A stretch of DNA of 64,000 bases from Alphaproteobacteria bacterium (GTDB lineage Bacteria > Pseudomonadota > Alphaproteobacteria > UBA828): contig CAXXMU010000006.1 in the NCBI GenBank assembly GCA_963667785.2, positions 736,001 through 800,000 of the forward strand, read 5' to 3'. Positions within the stretch are counted from its first letter, which is position 1. Each line of letters starts with the position of its first letter. The notes below the pieces were generated by a model. That model made no database searches, was not told where the DNA came from, and saw only the letters and a list, made by a program, of their open reading frames with translations. The position numbers and the translations under genes were made by a program. Positions 22,735 through 31,556 of this stretch are shown piece by piece.

Positions 22735-23664
22735 ATGAAGCTTTTCGGGCGATTCAAGCTGCCTTCGACCGGTCTCCGCCTCGTGGCCATCGTGGGACTG
22801 GCGGCATCGCTCGGCGCCTGCGGCGGTGTCGCGATCGAAGACGTCCGGGACCTCGAGCCCCGGGGTTCGGAATTCCACGCCGAGCTCTACGCCGTTTATC
22901 TCCATCGGTCGGCGATGGAGCTTGCCGAACACGATTACTGGGATTCCGACACGTTCGCGCTGAAGGCCGGCGCGGCCGCGGCGGGCAACAACGTGCCGCC
23001 GAGCTCGTTCCAGGATCGCGAGATCGCCGAGGACAAGCAGGAGGAGCTCGGAAAGGCGCGCGCAAGGCTCATCGCCATGCTGGACGGGAGCGGCAGGGAC
23101 AAGGCGCCCGTGAGCGCCGCCCTCGCCCAGATCAGCTTCGATTGCTGGATGGAGGAGCAGGAAGAGGGCCACGAGCCGCACGACATCGCCGAGTGCCGCA
23201 ACGCGTTCTACGGCGCGGTAGTGGCCGCCGAAGTGGCGATGCGGCCCGAGCCCGAACCGGTCGTCGAGCCCGAGCCTGAGCCTGAGCCGGTCGTCGAGCC
23301 CGAGCCGGAGCCCGAGCCGAGCTTCGTCACCTACCACGTGGTGTTCTTCGAGTTCGACAGCTCTGAGCTCACGGACGCCGCGCGGGTGACGCTGGACGAG
23401 GTTACGGCCACAGCGCTCGAGATGCGGCCCTACAAGATCGCGATCCGGGGCCACACCGACCGTGCCGGTCCGGAGCGGTACAATGCCGGTCTCTCGGAGC
23501 GTCGCGCGCTCTCGGTGGCGGGCTACCTGATCGAGCAGGGCGCCGGTCGCTTCGTGATCGACGTCGACGGCCTCGGCGAATCGCAGCCGATCGCGAAGAC
23601 CGCCGACAACGTGCGCGACGGCCGCAACCGGCGGGCCGAGATCTCGCTGATCGAATCCGAGTAG
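22735..23664 (+). CDS. OmpA-family lipoprotein
   Basis: Lipobox LGAC, FDCWMEEQEE, PE linker, FFEFDSSEL, GHTDRAG, YNAGLSERRA, NRRAEI; SD AGGAGG. Confidence 0.9.
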   Translation: MKLFGRFKLPSTGLRLVAIVGLAASLGACGGVAIEDVRDLEPRGSEFHAELYAVYLHRSAMELAEHDYWDSDTFALKAGAAAAGNNVPPSSFQDREIAEDKQEELGKARARLIAMLDGSGRDKAPVSAALAQISFDCWMEEQEEGHEPHDIAECRNAFYGAVVAAEVAMRPEPEPVVEPEPEPEPVVEPEPEPEPSFVTYHVVFFEFDSSELTDAARVTLDEVTATALEMRPYKIAIRGHTDRAGPERYNAGLSERRALSVAGYLIEQGAGRFVIDVDGLGESQPIAKTADNVRDGRNRRAEISLIESE

Positions 23665-23685
23665 GAGTGAGGGGGCGGAGGCTCC

Positions 23686-24708
23686 CTACTCGTCGTAGTG
23701 GTAGGTGCGGGCGACCATTCTCTCCGAGTGGTCGCCCGCCTTGATTCTCTCGTAGCGCCAGGGGTTGTCCGGCCCGACGCAGCCGGGGATCGCCTCGACC
23801 TCCACCTCGTAGTCGACGCCGAAGAACTGCACGAGCGAGTAGCGCCGGGCCCCCGAGGTGTTGATGACCCGGTGCATGGTCGAAACGAACAGGTCGTTGG
23901 TCCACTGCTGCATGAGATCGCCGAGATTGACGGCGAAGCTGCCGTCCACCGGCGGCAGGATGAGCCACTCGCCGTCCCGGCTCAGCATCTGCAAACCCTC
24001 CCGGTCCTGCCAGACGGTAGTGAAGCACTCGTAGTCCGTGTGCGCGCCCAGCCCGATATGGGCGATGTCGAGGGGCTCGGGCTGGGGCTCGTAGTAGCAG
24101 ACGCGGAGCCGGGCGAGCGGCTTGCTGTACTTCGAGGTGAAGTACCCTTCCTCCAGGTCGAGCGCGTATTCGAAGGCGCGGAAGATCTGGCGGCCGAGCT
24201 CGAGCTGGCAGTCGAAATAGGTGCCGAGTGCCCAGCGGAAGTCGGCAGGCTCCGCGGGCCAGTTGTTGGGGCCGTAGAAGCGGATGCCCCGCACATGGTC
24301 GGGATCGTCCGCCGGCAGGTCGTGCGCCATCTCGATGGCCTCCGACATGTCGGAGGAACCTTCGAGGCTGTGGTCGGCGGTAATGCCGCCCGCCGGCACG
24401 TAGCCCCGGTGGTTGGGCCAGTCGAGGTAGTGGTTGCGCATCTTCTCCTCGACGGGCAGCGCGAAGAAGCGCTGCATCGCGGCCCGGGCCCGCGCAATCA
24501 CAGCCTGCGGGAACTGGTGGTTGACGATGTAGAAGAAGCCGGGGCCGGCGCACGCCGTGCGGATCGCGCGAGCGAGCGCCCTGCGCTCGGCCAGGCTCGG
24601 CGAATAGAGCGCGCCGAAATCGACGATGGGCACGTCTTCGCGCGAGGCCCGGCGCACCGCCGGCGCGTGCATGCCTTCTCTCACTTGAAACGGTGTTGCT
24701 TTGGCCAT
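23686..24708 (-). CDS. 2OG-Fe(II) dioxygenase, isopenicillin-N-synthase-like family
   Basis: PIVDF, GFFYIVNH, HTD, NLGDLM..WTND, HRV, RYS. Confidence 0.9.
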   Translation of the reverse strand: MAKATPFQVREGMHAPAVRRASREDVPIVDFGALYSPSLAERRALARAIRTACAGPGFFYIVNHQFPQAVIARARAAMQRFFALPVEEKMRNHYLDWPNHRGYVPAGGITADHSLEGSSDMSEAIEMAHDLPADDPDHVRGIRFYGPNNWPAEPADFRWALGTYFDCQLELGRQIFRAFEYALDLEEGYFTSKYSKPLARLRVCYYEPQPEPLDIAHIGLGAHTDYECFTTVWQDREGLQMLSRDGEWLILPPVDGSFAVNLGDLMQQWTNDLFVSTMHRVINTSGARRYSLVQFFGVDYEVEVEAIPGCVGPDNPWRYERIKAGDHSERMVARTYHYDE

Positions 24709-24833
24709 TGCGGGTCCCCCGTCGCCCCTCATCTTTGGCATGATAGCGCCAACCGTTTACACATGACGGCGAGCCTATAGCGCATTTCGCCTGGCCATAC
24801 CCCATCCGCAATCAGCATCGCAGGGAGACGAAT

Positions 24834-25655
24834 ATGGAGACATCTCTTCACGGCCGCCGCGCCCTGGTTACCGGAGCGGGAAGCGGCATCGGCGCCGCCA
24901 TCGCCGAGGCGTTCGCGCGCGAGGGCGCGCATGTGGCGGTGCACGCGCGGAGCGCCGAGCGCGCTCGTCCCGTCGTCGATGCCATCGAGGCGGCGGGCGG
25001 CCGGGCCTTCGCCGCGCCTGCAGACCTGCGCGACCGCGCCGCCATCGCGCCGATGTGCCGGGCTGCCGTCGAGCGGCTGGGCGGCCTCAACATCCTGGTC
25101 AACAATGCCGGCGTCTTCATCCGCAAGGGCGTGGCGGAGATGGACCTCGAGAGCTGGGACGCCATGGTCGAGACCAACCTCACCGCCTCCTACCTCGCGA
25201 CCCAGGCGGCGCTGCCGGCGATCCGCGCGTCCGGTGCCGGCGCATCGGTGATCTTCGTCTCCTCCATCGCCGCCGGCGCCTATTCCGCCGGCTGGGGCAC
25301 TTACGCCATGACCAAGAACGGCCTCAACGCCTTCATGCACTGCCTCGCGGACGAGCTCGGCGGCGCCGGCGTGCGGGTCAACTCGATCTGCCCTGGCTGG
25401 GTCGAGACGAGGATGGCGCAGGAGGCCCACCGAGGGCTCGCGGCGGAGATCGGCCTCGACTACGAGACCCACTACGCGAACAACATGCGCGCCAACATGC
25501 TGGGCGCGCTGGTGACCACGGACAGCATCGCCGACATGGCGGTCTTCCTCGCGAGCGAGCGCGGCCGCCACATCACGGCGCAGGAGCTCACCGTCTGCGG
25601 CGGCTGCCTGCCCGGCGCCAGCGCAGAGCCGCAGGACGCAGAAGCGGCGGAGTAG
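24834..25655 (+). CDS. Short-chain dehydrogenase/reductase
   Basis: TGAGSGIG, NNAG, YAMTK, NSICPGWVET. Confidence 0.9.
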   Translation: METSLHGRRALVTGAGSGIGAAIAEAFAREGAHVAVHARSAERARPVVDAIEAAGGRAFAAPADLRDRAAIAPMCRAAVERLGGLNILVNNAGVFIRKGVAEMDLESWDAMVETNLTASYLATQAALPAIRASGAGASVIFVSSIAAGAYSAGWGTYAMTKNGLNAFMHCLADELGGAGVRVNSICPGWVETRMAQEAHRGLAAEIGLDYETHYANNMRANMLGALVTTDSIADMAVFLASERGRHITAQELTVCGGCLPGASAEPQDAEAAE

Positions 25656-25755
25656 GCGCGGCCGGCGCCAGCGACTATTCCTTTCCCTCAGTCGGCGGGC
25701 GGTCGCATCGCGCGCCCCTGCGCGCATCGTCCGCGCGCGGCATACTGAGAAGCGC

Positions 25756-25908
25756 ACCGTCGTGCTGGTCGAGCAGAACGCCCGCCTCGCCCTCGCGCTT
25801 GCTCAGAGGGGCTTCGTGATGGAAACAGGACGGATCGTTCTCGAGGGCCCGGCGTCCGATCTGCGCGAGAACGACAAGGTGCAGCACACTTATCTCGGCG
25901 TCGCCTGA
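25756..25908 (+). pseudogene. 3' remnant of a LivF-type ABC ATPase
   Basis: Reads TVVLVEQNARLALALAQRGFVMETGRIVLEGPASDLRENDKVQHTYLGVA-stop, with no Walker A/B region upstream. Confidence 0.75.
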
Positions 25909-25949
25909 GACACGCCGGCGGCGATGCCGACAGCGCTGGGGAGAGAGCC

Positions 25950-26735
25950 ATGAGAGTCGGTCTGGAAGGCAAGCGAACACTGGTAACGGGAGCCGCGAGC
26001 GGCATCGGCCGCGCGATCGCGGAGGCCTACGCGCGAGAAGGAGCGACGGTCGCGGTCCACGCGCGTAGCGAGGAACGGGCGGCGGAGACACTCGAATCTA
26101 TCGCCAACGCCGGCGGCACGGCCTTCGCCGCACCGGCCGATCTGACCGAGCCCGCGGCCATCGAGGCGATGTGCAAGGCCGCCATCGAGAGACTCGGCGG
26201 CATCGACGTGGTCGTGAACAACGCCGGGGTCGCCGACTACGCGAAGGTCGTCGACATGGACGAGGCCATGTGGGACTGGATCATGGCCGTCAACCTGAAG
26301 GCGCCGTACCTGGTCTCCAAGCACACGCTGCCGGCGATGATCGAGCAGGGCGCCGGCGGGGTGCAGCTCTTCAATGCGTCCACCAACGCCAAGACCGCCG
26401 ACGCGGAGTGGACCGCCTACAACACCACCAAGCACGGGCTGGTGGGCTTCGTGCGCTGCCTCGCCGCCGAGGTGGGCGAGCACAACATCCGGGTCAACGC
26501 CATCTGTCCCGGCTGGATCGAGACCAAGATGGCGGTGGAGCTGCACGAGAGCATGGCGCAGGACCTGGGCGAGCCCTACGAGAAGGTCTACGACGAGAGC
26601 ATGCGCACCAACATGCTGAGCGCCCTGATCCCGCCGACCGCGATCGCCGGGATGGCCGTCTACCTCGCCGGCGATCCCGGGCGCTACGTGACCGGCCAGG
26701 CGATCAACGTCTGCGCCGGCCTGGCGGTCTACTGA
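25950..26735 (+). CDS. Short-chain dehydrogenase/reductase (paralog of 24834)
   Basis: TGAASGIG, NNAG, YNTTK, NAICPGWIET; shares VAVHARS and MRxNML with the upstream SDR. Confidence 0.9.
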   Translation: MRVGLEGKRTLVTGAASGIGRAIAEAYAREGATVAVHARSEERAAETLESIANAGGTAFAAPADLTEPAAIEAMCKAAIERLGGIDVVVNNAGVADYAKVVDMDEAMWDWIMAVNLKAPYLVSKHTLPAMIEQGAGGVQLFNASTNAKTADAEWTAYNTTKHGLVGFVRCLAAEVGEHNIRVNAICPGWIETKMAVELHESMAQDLGEPYEKVYDESMRTNMLSALIPPTAIAGMAVYLAGDPGRYVTGQAINVCAGLAVY

Positions 26736-26748
26736 GGGACGACGCGAG

Positions 26749-27636
26749 TCAGCCCGGCTGTCGATCGAGGAAGCCACGCAGCGCCGCGAAATAGGCGTCC
26801 GGCTCCTCGAAGAAGGGCGTGTGCGAGCTGTTGGGAAAGACCACGCTCTCCGCATTCGGCAGCACGTCCTGCATGAGCATGGCGCCTTCGGGCGTGAGCT
26901 CGTCGTGGAGGCCGCTCACGATCAGGCAGGGCACGGCGATGCGCCCCATCTCGGAGAGCCGGTCCCAGTCCTTGAGCGTGCCGACGCAGCAGAACTCGTT
27001 GGGGCCCCACATCGTGCCGTAGACATCCATGTTGATGCCGTCGAGCGAGCGTTGCAGCGGCGCGGGCCACGTGTCGAGCCGGCACAGGTGCCTGTGGTAG
27101 AGGATCGTGATGGCGGCCTCGTAGGTGGGGTGGTCGGTGGTTCCCTGGGCCTCGTGACGCTGCATCATGGCCACCGTCTCGGACCCCAGGGCGGCGCGAA
27201 GGCGCTTCATCTCAGCGACCGTGTGCGGCACGCAGCCCGAGCCGTTCGCGATCACGTAGGACGCGACGTTCTCCTGGTACTTCAGGCAGTAATCGGTTCC
27301 CAGCCAGGTTCCCCAGGATTGCCCGAGCAGGTGGACGCGGCCGAGCCCGAGCGCGGTCCGCACCGCTTCGACCTCGTCGACATAGCGGGGCACGTTGAAG
27401 AGCGAGGTGTCGTCGGGCTTGTCGGATTCGCCGCAGCCGAGCTGGTCGTAGGCCACCACCCGCCAGCCGTCATCCGCCATCACGGAGTGGCTGTCCCGCA
27501 CGTAGTCGCAGGGCAGGCCGGGGCCGCCATGAAGGACGAGCAGGACCCGTTCGCCCTCACCGAAGCTGTAGACCGCCACCTCGCCGCCGTCGACGGCGAC
27601 GCGGCAGGTCTCGTCAGGCTGTCTTTCTTCGCTCAT
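26749..27636 (-). CDS. Proline iminopeptidase-family alpha/beta hydrolase
   Basis: HGGPG, YDQLGCG, GQSWG nucleophile, SSHTPF. Confidence 0.88.
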   Translation of the reverse strand: MSEERQPDETCRVAVDGGEVAVYSFGEGERVLLVLHGGPGLPCDYVRDSHSVMADDGWRVVAYDQLGCGESDKPDDTSLFNVPRYVDEVEAVRTALGLGRVHLLGQSWGTWLGTDYCLKYQENVASYVIANGSGCVPHTVAEMKRLRAALGSETVAMMQRHEAQGTTDHPTYEAAITILYHRHLCRLDTWPAPLQRSLDGINMDVYGTMWGPNEFCCVGTLKDWDRLSEMGRIAVPCLIVSGLHDELTPEGAMLMQDVLPNAESVVFPNSSHTPFFEEPDAYFAALRGFLDRQPG

Positions 27637-27649
27637 CGATCGTTCCCCG

Positions 27650-28627
27650 TTACCTGGAAGCGCCGTAGGTGCCGCGATACTCGGCATACATGCGCTCGTA
27701 GCGCTCCGCATTCATCGTGGAGTAGACGCGAAAGTCGAAGTCGATGGGCTTGTCCATCACCTCGGAGACGAAGCTCCAGGTCGTCTCGCGGATGGCGGCG
27801 ACGACCGTCGCGGCCGCGAAGCGGTGGCGCAGCTCGTCGGTGGCCGGCGTCTCGAAGTAGGTCTCGAGGTAGGGGTCTATCTCGTCCGGCCTGATCTCGA
27901 TGTTCATGGCCAGCACCCCGAGGTCGAACAGGTCCACCGTGAACCCGCCGAACTCCCAGTCGACGAACCAGACCCGCTCACCGTCGTCCATGATGTTCTG
28001 CGGGTTGAGGTCGTTGTGACCGAAGACGATGGTCGCCGGCCCCATCGCGCGCTCCAGCGCCTCGTTCGCGGCGGCGAGCCCCGGCAGCATCGCACGCCAG
28101 CGCTCGTAGAGTCGGTCCGAGCGCTCCTGCAGCAGCCGGATGTACGAGCGGTGATGCTGGAACGGCCAGAACATGAAGCCCGTCGAGTCCAGGTGCTTGT
28201 GGGCCTCGCGATGCAGCCGGCGGAAGAGGCGGGCAACCTTGGCAAGCCGCTCGGGCTCGTGCACGTCGGCCGGCAGCAGCGAGCGGCCTTCGATGAAGCG
28301 GATCACCATCAGGCCGGGCTCGGCGTAGACCACCTCCGGCGAGACGCCCGCCGCGTGGGCCGCGCGAAAGGCCTGGAGCTCGTGCTCGCGGGAGACGCCG
28401 AAGAAGGGCTCGTCCTCGCCGACGCGGATCACGTAGCGCTGGCCGGCGTCGTCGGCGGTGAGGTTGATGTTGCTCAGGCCCCCGCTCAGCACGGCGGGCT
28501 CGACCGCGCCGCTCCAGATCGGCAAGGCGCGGGCGCGCTCGATCGCCGCTCCGCTGCGGGCCTCCATGCCGCGGGCGCCGCCGATCAGATCGTAGACCTC
28601 GTCGTCCGAGGTGGGAGTCTTCGTCAT
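27650..28627 (-). CDS. Choline/ethanolamine kinase-like phosphotransferase
   Basis: LSGGLSN, Brenner motif GHNDLNPQN, DWEFGG; ATGA-coupled to the upstream gene. Confidence 0.85.
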   Translation of the reverse strand: MTKTPTSDDEVYDLIGGARGMEARSGAAIERARALPIWSGAVEPAVLSGGLSNINLTADDAGQRYVIRVGEDEPFFGVSREHELQAFRAAHAAGVSPEVVYAEPGLMVIRFIEGRSLLPADVHEPERLAKVARLFRRLHREAHKHLDSTGFMFWPFQHHRSYIRLLQERSDRLYERWRAMLPGLAAANEALERAMGPATIVFGHNDLNPQNIMDDGERVWFVDWEFGGFTVDLFDLGVLAMNIEIRPDEIDPYLETYFETPATDELRHRFAAATVVAAIRETTWSFVSEVMDKPIDFDFRVYSTMNAERYERMYAEYRGTYGASR

Positions 28628-31071
28628 GCCCTGACCCGGTCGTTGCCGGCGTCGTAGAGCGGCCGCAGGTGGAGCTCGGCCGGCACCTCCCGCGTCGCGA
28701 CTTCCAGCGAGTAAGTGCCGGAGTCGAGGTAGTCGTCGCTGACGCCCGCCGGGTTCCGCACGTAACCCATGCCGATGCTCCGGCCGACGGTGTGGCCGAA
28801 GCCGCCGGAGGCGAGCCAGCCGACGCGCTCGCCGTTTCGCAAGATCGTCTCGCGGCCCCAGAGCTGCACCGCCGGGTCGTCCGCGATGGTGAACGTGACC
28901 AGGCGGCGGGTCAGCGGCTGCTCCCGCTGCTTCCGCACGGCGTCCTGGCCGATGAAGGGGGTGGGCTTGTCGAACGCGACCGCGAAGCCGAGGCCCGCCT
29001 CCAGGGGGTTGAAGTCGGGGCCGATATCCGCCGCCCAGACGCGATAGCCCTTCTCCAGCCGCAGGCTGTCGATCGCCCGGTAGCCCGCGTCGCGCAGGCC
29101 GCAGGCGGCGCCCGCCGCCTTCAGCGCGTCGTAGACCGTGAGCATGTACTCGGTGGCGACGTGGAGCTCCCAGCCGAGCTCGCCCACGAAGGTGATGCGC
29201 ATGGCGCGCACCGGCGCGCCCGCCACATGGATTTCCCGCACCGCGCCGAAGGGGAAGGCCTCCGCGCCCAGCTCGCCTTCCGTCACGGACGCGAGGATCT
29301 CCCGGGCGCGCGGTCCCATCAGCGCGAGCACGCCGTAGGCCGAGGTGACGTCGATCAGCGCGGCGTGGGCGTCCGCGTCGATGTTCCGGCCGATATGGTC
29401 GAAGTCGTGGGTCGCGAAGCCCGTGCCGGTGACGATGTAGAAGGAGTCCTCGGCGATCCGCGCCACGGTCAGGTCGCATTCGATCCCGCCGTGACGGTTG
29501 AGCATCTGGGTGTAGGTGACCCGCCCCGGCGGCTTGCCCACGTCGGCGGCGCAGATGCGCTGCAGGCACGCTTCCGCATCGCGCCCGACCAGCGCGAACT
29601 TGGCGAAGGAGGACTGGTCGAAGAGGGCGGCCGCGTCACGGCAGGCCGCGTGCTCGACGGCGACGTGCGCGTGCCAGTTGGGGCGCGTGAAGCTCTCGAT
29701 CTCCACCGGCTCGACGCCGTCGGGCGCGAACCAGTTGGGCCGTTCCCAGCCGAACTTGGCGCCGAAGCAGGCGCGATTGTCCCGGAGGCGGTCATAGATC
29801 GCGCTGCGCCGGAGCGGCCGGCCCGCCTTCATCTCCTCGCGGGGCCAGACGATGGTGTAGTGGTGGCCCTGCCCCTCCAGCGAGCGAGCCAGGACTTGGC
29901 TGTCGGCGCGGTGGTAGCCGCCGAAGCGGCGGATATCGAAGCTCCAGATGTCGTAGGGCGGCTCGCCGTTCAGAATCCACTCGCCGAGCGCCATGCCGGC
30001 GCCGCCGCAGCCGGTCAGCCCGTAGGCATTGAAGCCCGCGCTCACGAAGATGCCCCGTACCTCGGGCGCCTCGCCCATCACCGGGTTCTGATCCTCGGTG
30101 AAGGATTCCAGGCCATTGAACCAGCTCTTGATGCCGGCGGTCTTGAGCACGGGAATCCAGTCGAGCAATCCCTCGAGCCGCGGCATGAAGTGGTCGAGGT
30201 TCTCGGGCATGAGCTTGAATTCGTGATCCTTGGGGATCGGCTCGGTGAACGGGATCGGATCGGGGTCGTACTGGCCGACGAGCAGCCCGCCCACCTCCTC
30301 GCGGATGTAGTGCCAGAGGTCCGGGTCCCGCGTCGTCGGCAGATCGCGGGTCACGCCCTCGATCGGCTCGGTGATGAAGTAGCAGTGATGCGAGGGCTGG
30401 ATCGGGACGTTCACGCCCGCGAGCCGCCCGATCTCGCGCGACCAGATGCCGCAGCAGATCACCGCGATCTCGCAGCGGATCGTGCCCCGCTCCGTCTCGA
30501 CGGCGGCGACACGGCCCCTCTCGATCTCGAAGCCGGTGACCGCCGTGTCCTCGAAGAGCCGGGCGCCGTACTGGCGCGCCCCCTTGGCGAGCGCCATGCA
30601 CGTGTCCGATGGGCTCAAGGCGCCGTCGGTGGGGATGTAGAGCGCGCAATCCACGTGATCGATGGTCATGAAGGGGAAGAGCGCCTGCGCCTCCTTCGCC
30701 GATATCAGCTCCATCTCGACGCCGAAGGAGCGCGCCGTCGTGATCGCCCGCTCGTACTCGCGCCGGCGGTCGGGATTGGAGGCGACCCGCATGCCGCCCG
30801 TCCGGTGCCAGCCGGTGGCCTGGCCGGTCTCCTCCTCCAGCGAGGCGTAGAGGTCCGCGCCGTAGGCCATGAGCCGGCCTGCGTTGGGGTCGGTGCGGAA
30901 CTGCGCGAAGGCGCCGGCGGCGTGCCAAGTCGAGCCCGACGTGAGCTTGGCCTTCTCCACCAGGACGACATCCTCGCGGCCGTGCTTGGCCAGATGGTAC
31001 GCGGTGGCACAGCCGATCGCCCCGCCGCCGATGATCACGACGCGCGCCTGGTCGGGAAACCCCTGGGTCAT
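28624..31071 (-). CDS. GcvT-family FAD-dependent amine dehydrogenase (dimethylglycine/sarcosine/methylaminobutyrate oxidase-like)
   Basis: IIGGGAIG, TSGSTWHAAG (flavinylated His), GWERPNWF, ITFVGELGWEL, SLRLEKGY folate-binding domain. Confidence 0.9.
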   Translation of the reverse strand: MTQGFPDQARVVIIGGGAIGCATAYHLAKHGREDVVLVEKAKLTSGSTWHAAGAFAQFRTDPNAGRLMAYGADLYASLEEETGQATGWHRTGGMRVASNPDRRREYERAITTARSFGVEMELISAKEAQALFPFMTIDHVDCALYIPTDGALSPSDTCMALAKGARQYGARLFEDTAVTGFEIERGRVAAVETERGTIRCEIAVICCGIWSREIGRLAGVNVPIQPSHHCYFITEPIEGVTRDLPTTRDPDLWHYIREEVGGLLVGQYDPDPIPFTEPIPKDHEFKLMPENLDHFMPRLEGLLDWIPVLKTAGIKSWFNGLESFTEDQNPVMGEAPEVRGIFVSAGFNAYGLTGCGGAGMALGEWILNGEPPYDIWSFDIRRFGGYHRADSQVLARSLEGQGHHYTIVWPREEMKAGRPLRRSAIYDRLRDNRACFGAKFGWERPNWFAPDGVEPVEIESFTRPNWHAHVAVEHAACRDAAALFDQSSFAKFALVGRDAEACLQRICAADVGKPPGRVTYTQMLNRHGGIECDLTVARIAEDSFYIVTGTGFATHDFDHIGRNIDADAHAALIDVTSAYGVLALMGPRAREILASVTEGELGAEAFPFGAVREIHVAGAPVRAMRITFVGELGWELHVATEYMLTVYDALKAAGAACGLRDAGYRAIDSLRLEKGYRVWAADIGPDFNPLEAGLGFAVAFDKPTPFIGQDAVRKQREQPLTRRLVTFTIADDPAVQLWGRETILRNGERVGWLASGGFGHTVGRSIGMGYVRNPAGVSDDYLDSGTYSLEVATREVPAELHLRPLYDAGNDRVRA

Positions 31072-31185
31072 CGGCTGCCGGACCTCCGCCTCTGCGCCTG
31101 GCGGGCGCGAGTGTACCAGCGACGCGCCTGGATCACGAAGCGGGGCGGGGGTTTCGAGCGCGTTCGTATCGACGGACGCGCGACG

Positions 31186-31313
31186 GCGCCGCCGACGAAG
31201 GGCCGGCGCTCGCAAAGCAGCACCCTGCGCCCGGCCCGCGCGAGATAGAAGGCGGCGACGAGCCCGTTGTGGCCCGCGTCGACGATGATCGCGTCGTATG
31301 CTGCGTTCGCCAT
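31186..31313 (-). pseudogene. 5' stub of a phytoene-dehydrogenase-like FAD oxidoreductase
   Basis: MANAAYDAIIVDAGHNGLVAAFYLARAGRRVLLCERRPFVGGA with SD GAAGGAAGG; GxGxxG decayed to DAGHNG; similarity ends after FVGGA. Confidence 0.7.
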
Positions 31314-31465
31314 CGCCCGCCCTTCCTTCCACCGGTGTCTCGTGCTCAGCTTGCAACCGGCAGATGCGCCGGGGCACGTGCTCCACCTCCGGCCGCGTCT
31401 GACAAAGTGGACCGCACGACGGTGTCGAAATGAGCGGTCGACAGTTGCCCTGCCGGAGACGAATC

Positions 31466-31493
31466 TTGCACTGAAGCCTCTGTGGTCTATACT
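31466..31493 (+). promoter_or_regulatory. Putative sigma70 promoter for the dehydrogenase operon
   Basis: TTGCAC-N16-TATACT within an AT-rich intergenic region. Confidence 0.5.
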
Positions 31494-31556
31494 CAAATAT
31501 GTGACATTGGGACGTCGTACTTTGGGTGCGTTTGTGCAGACAGGGGGAACTAAACA

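Noticed and set aside
23244-23320. Tandem repeat in the OmpA-family gene
   Set aside because: Ordinary Pro-Glu linker.
31313-31556. Glycine riboswitch ahead of the GcvT-family gene
   Set aside because: No recognisable aptamer core motifs in the correct arrangement.
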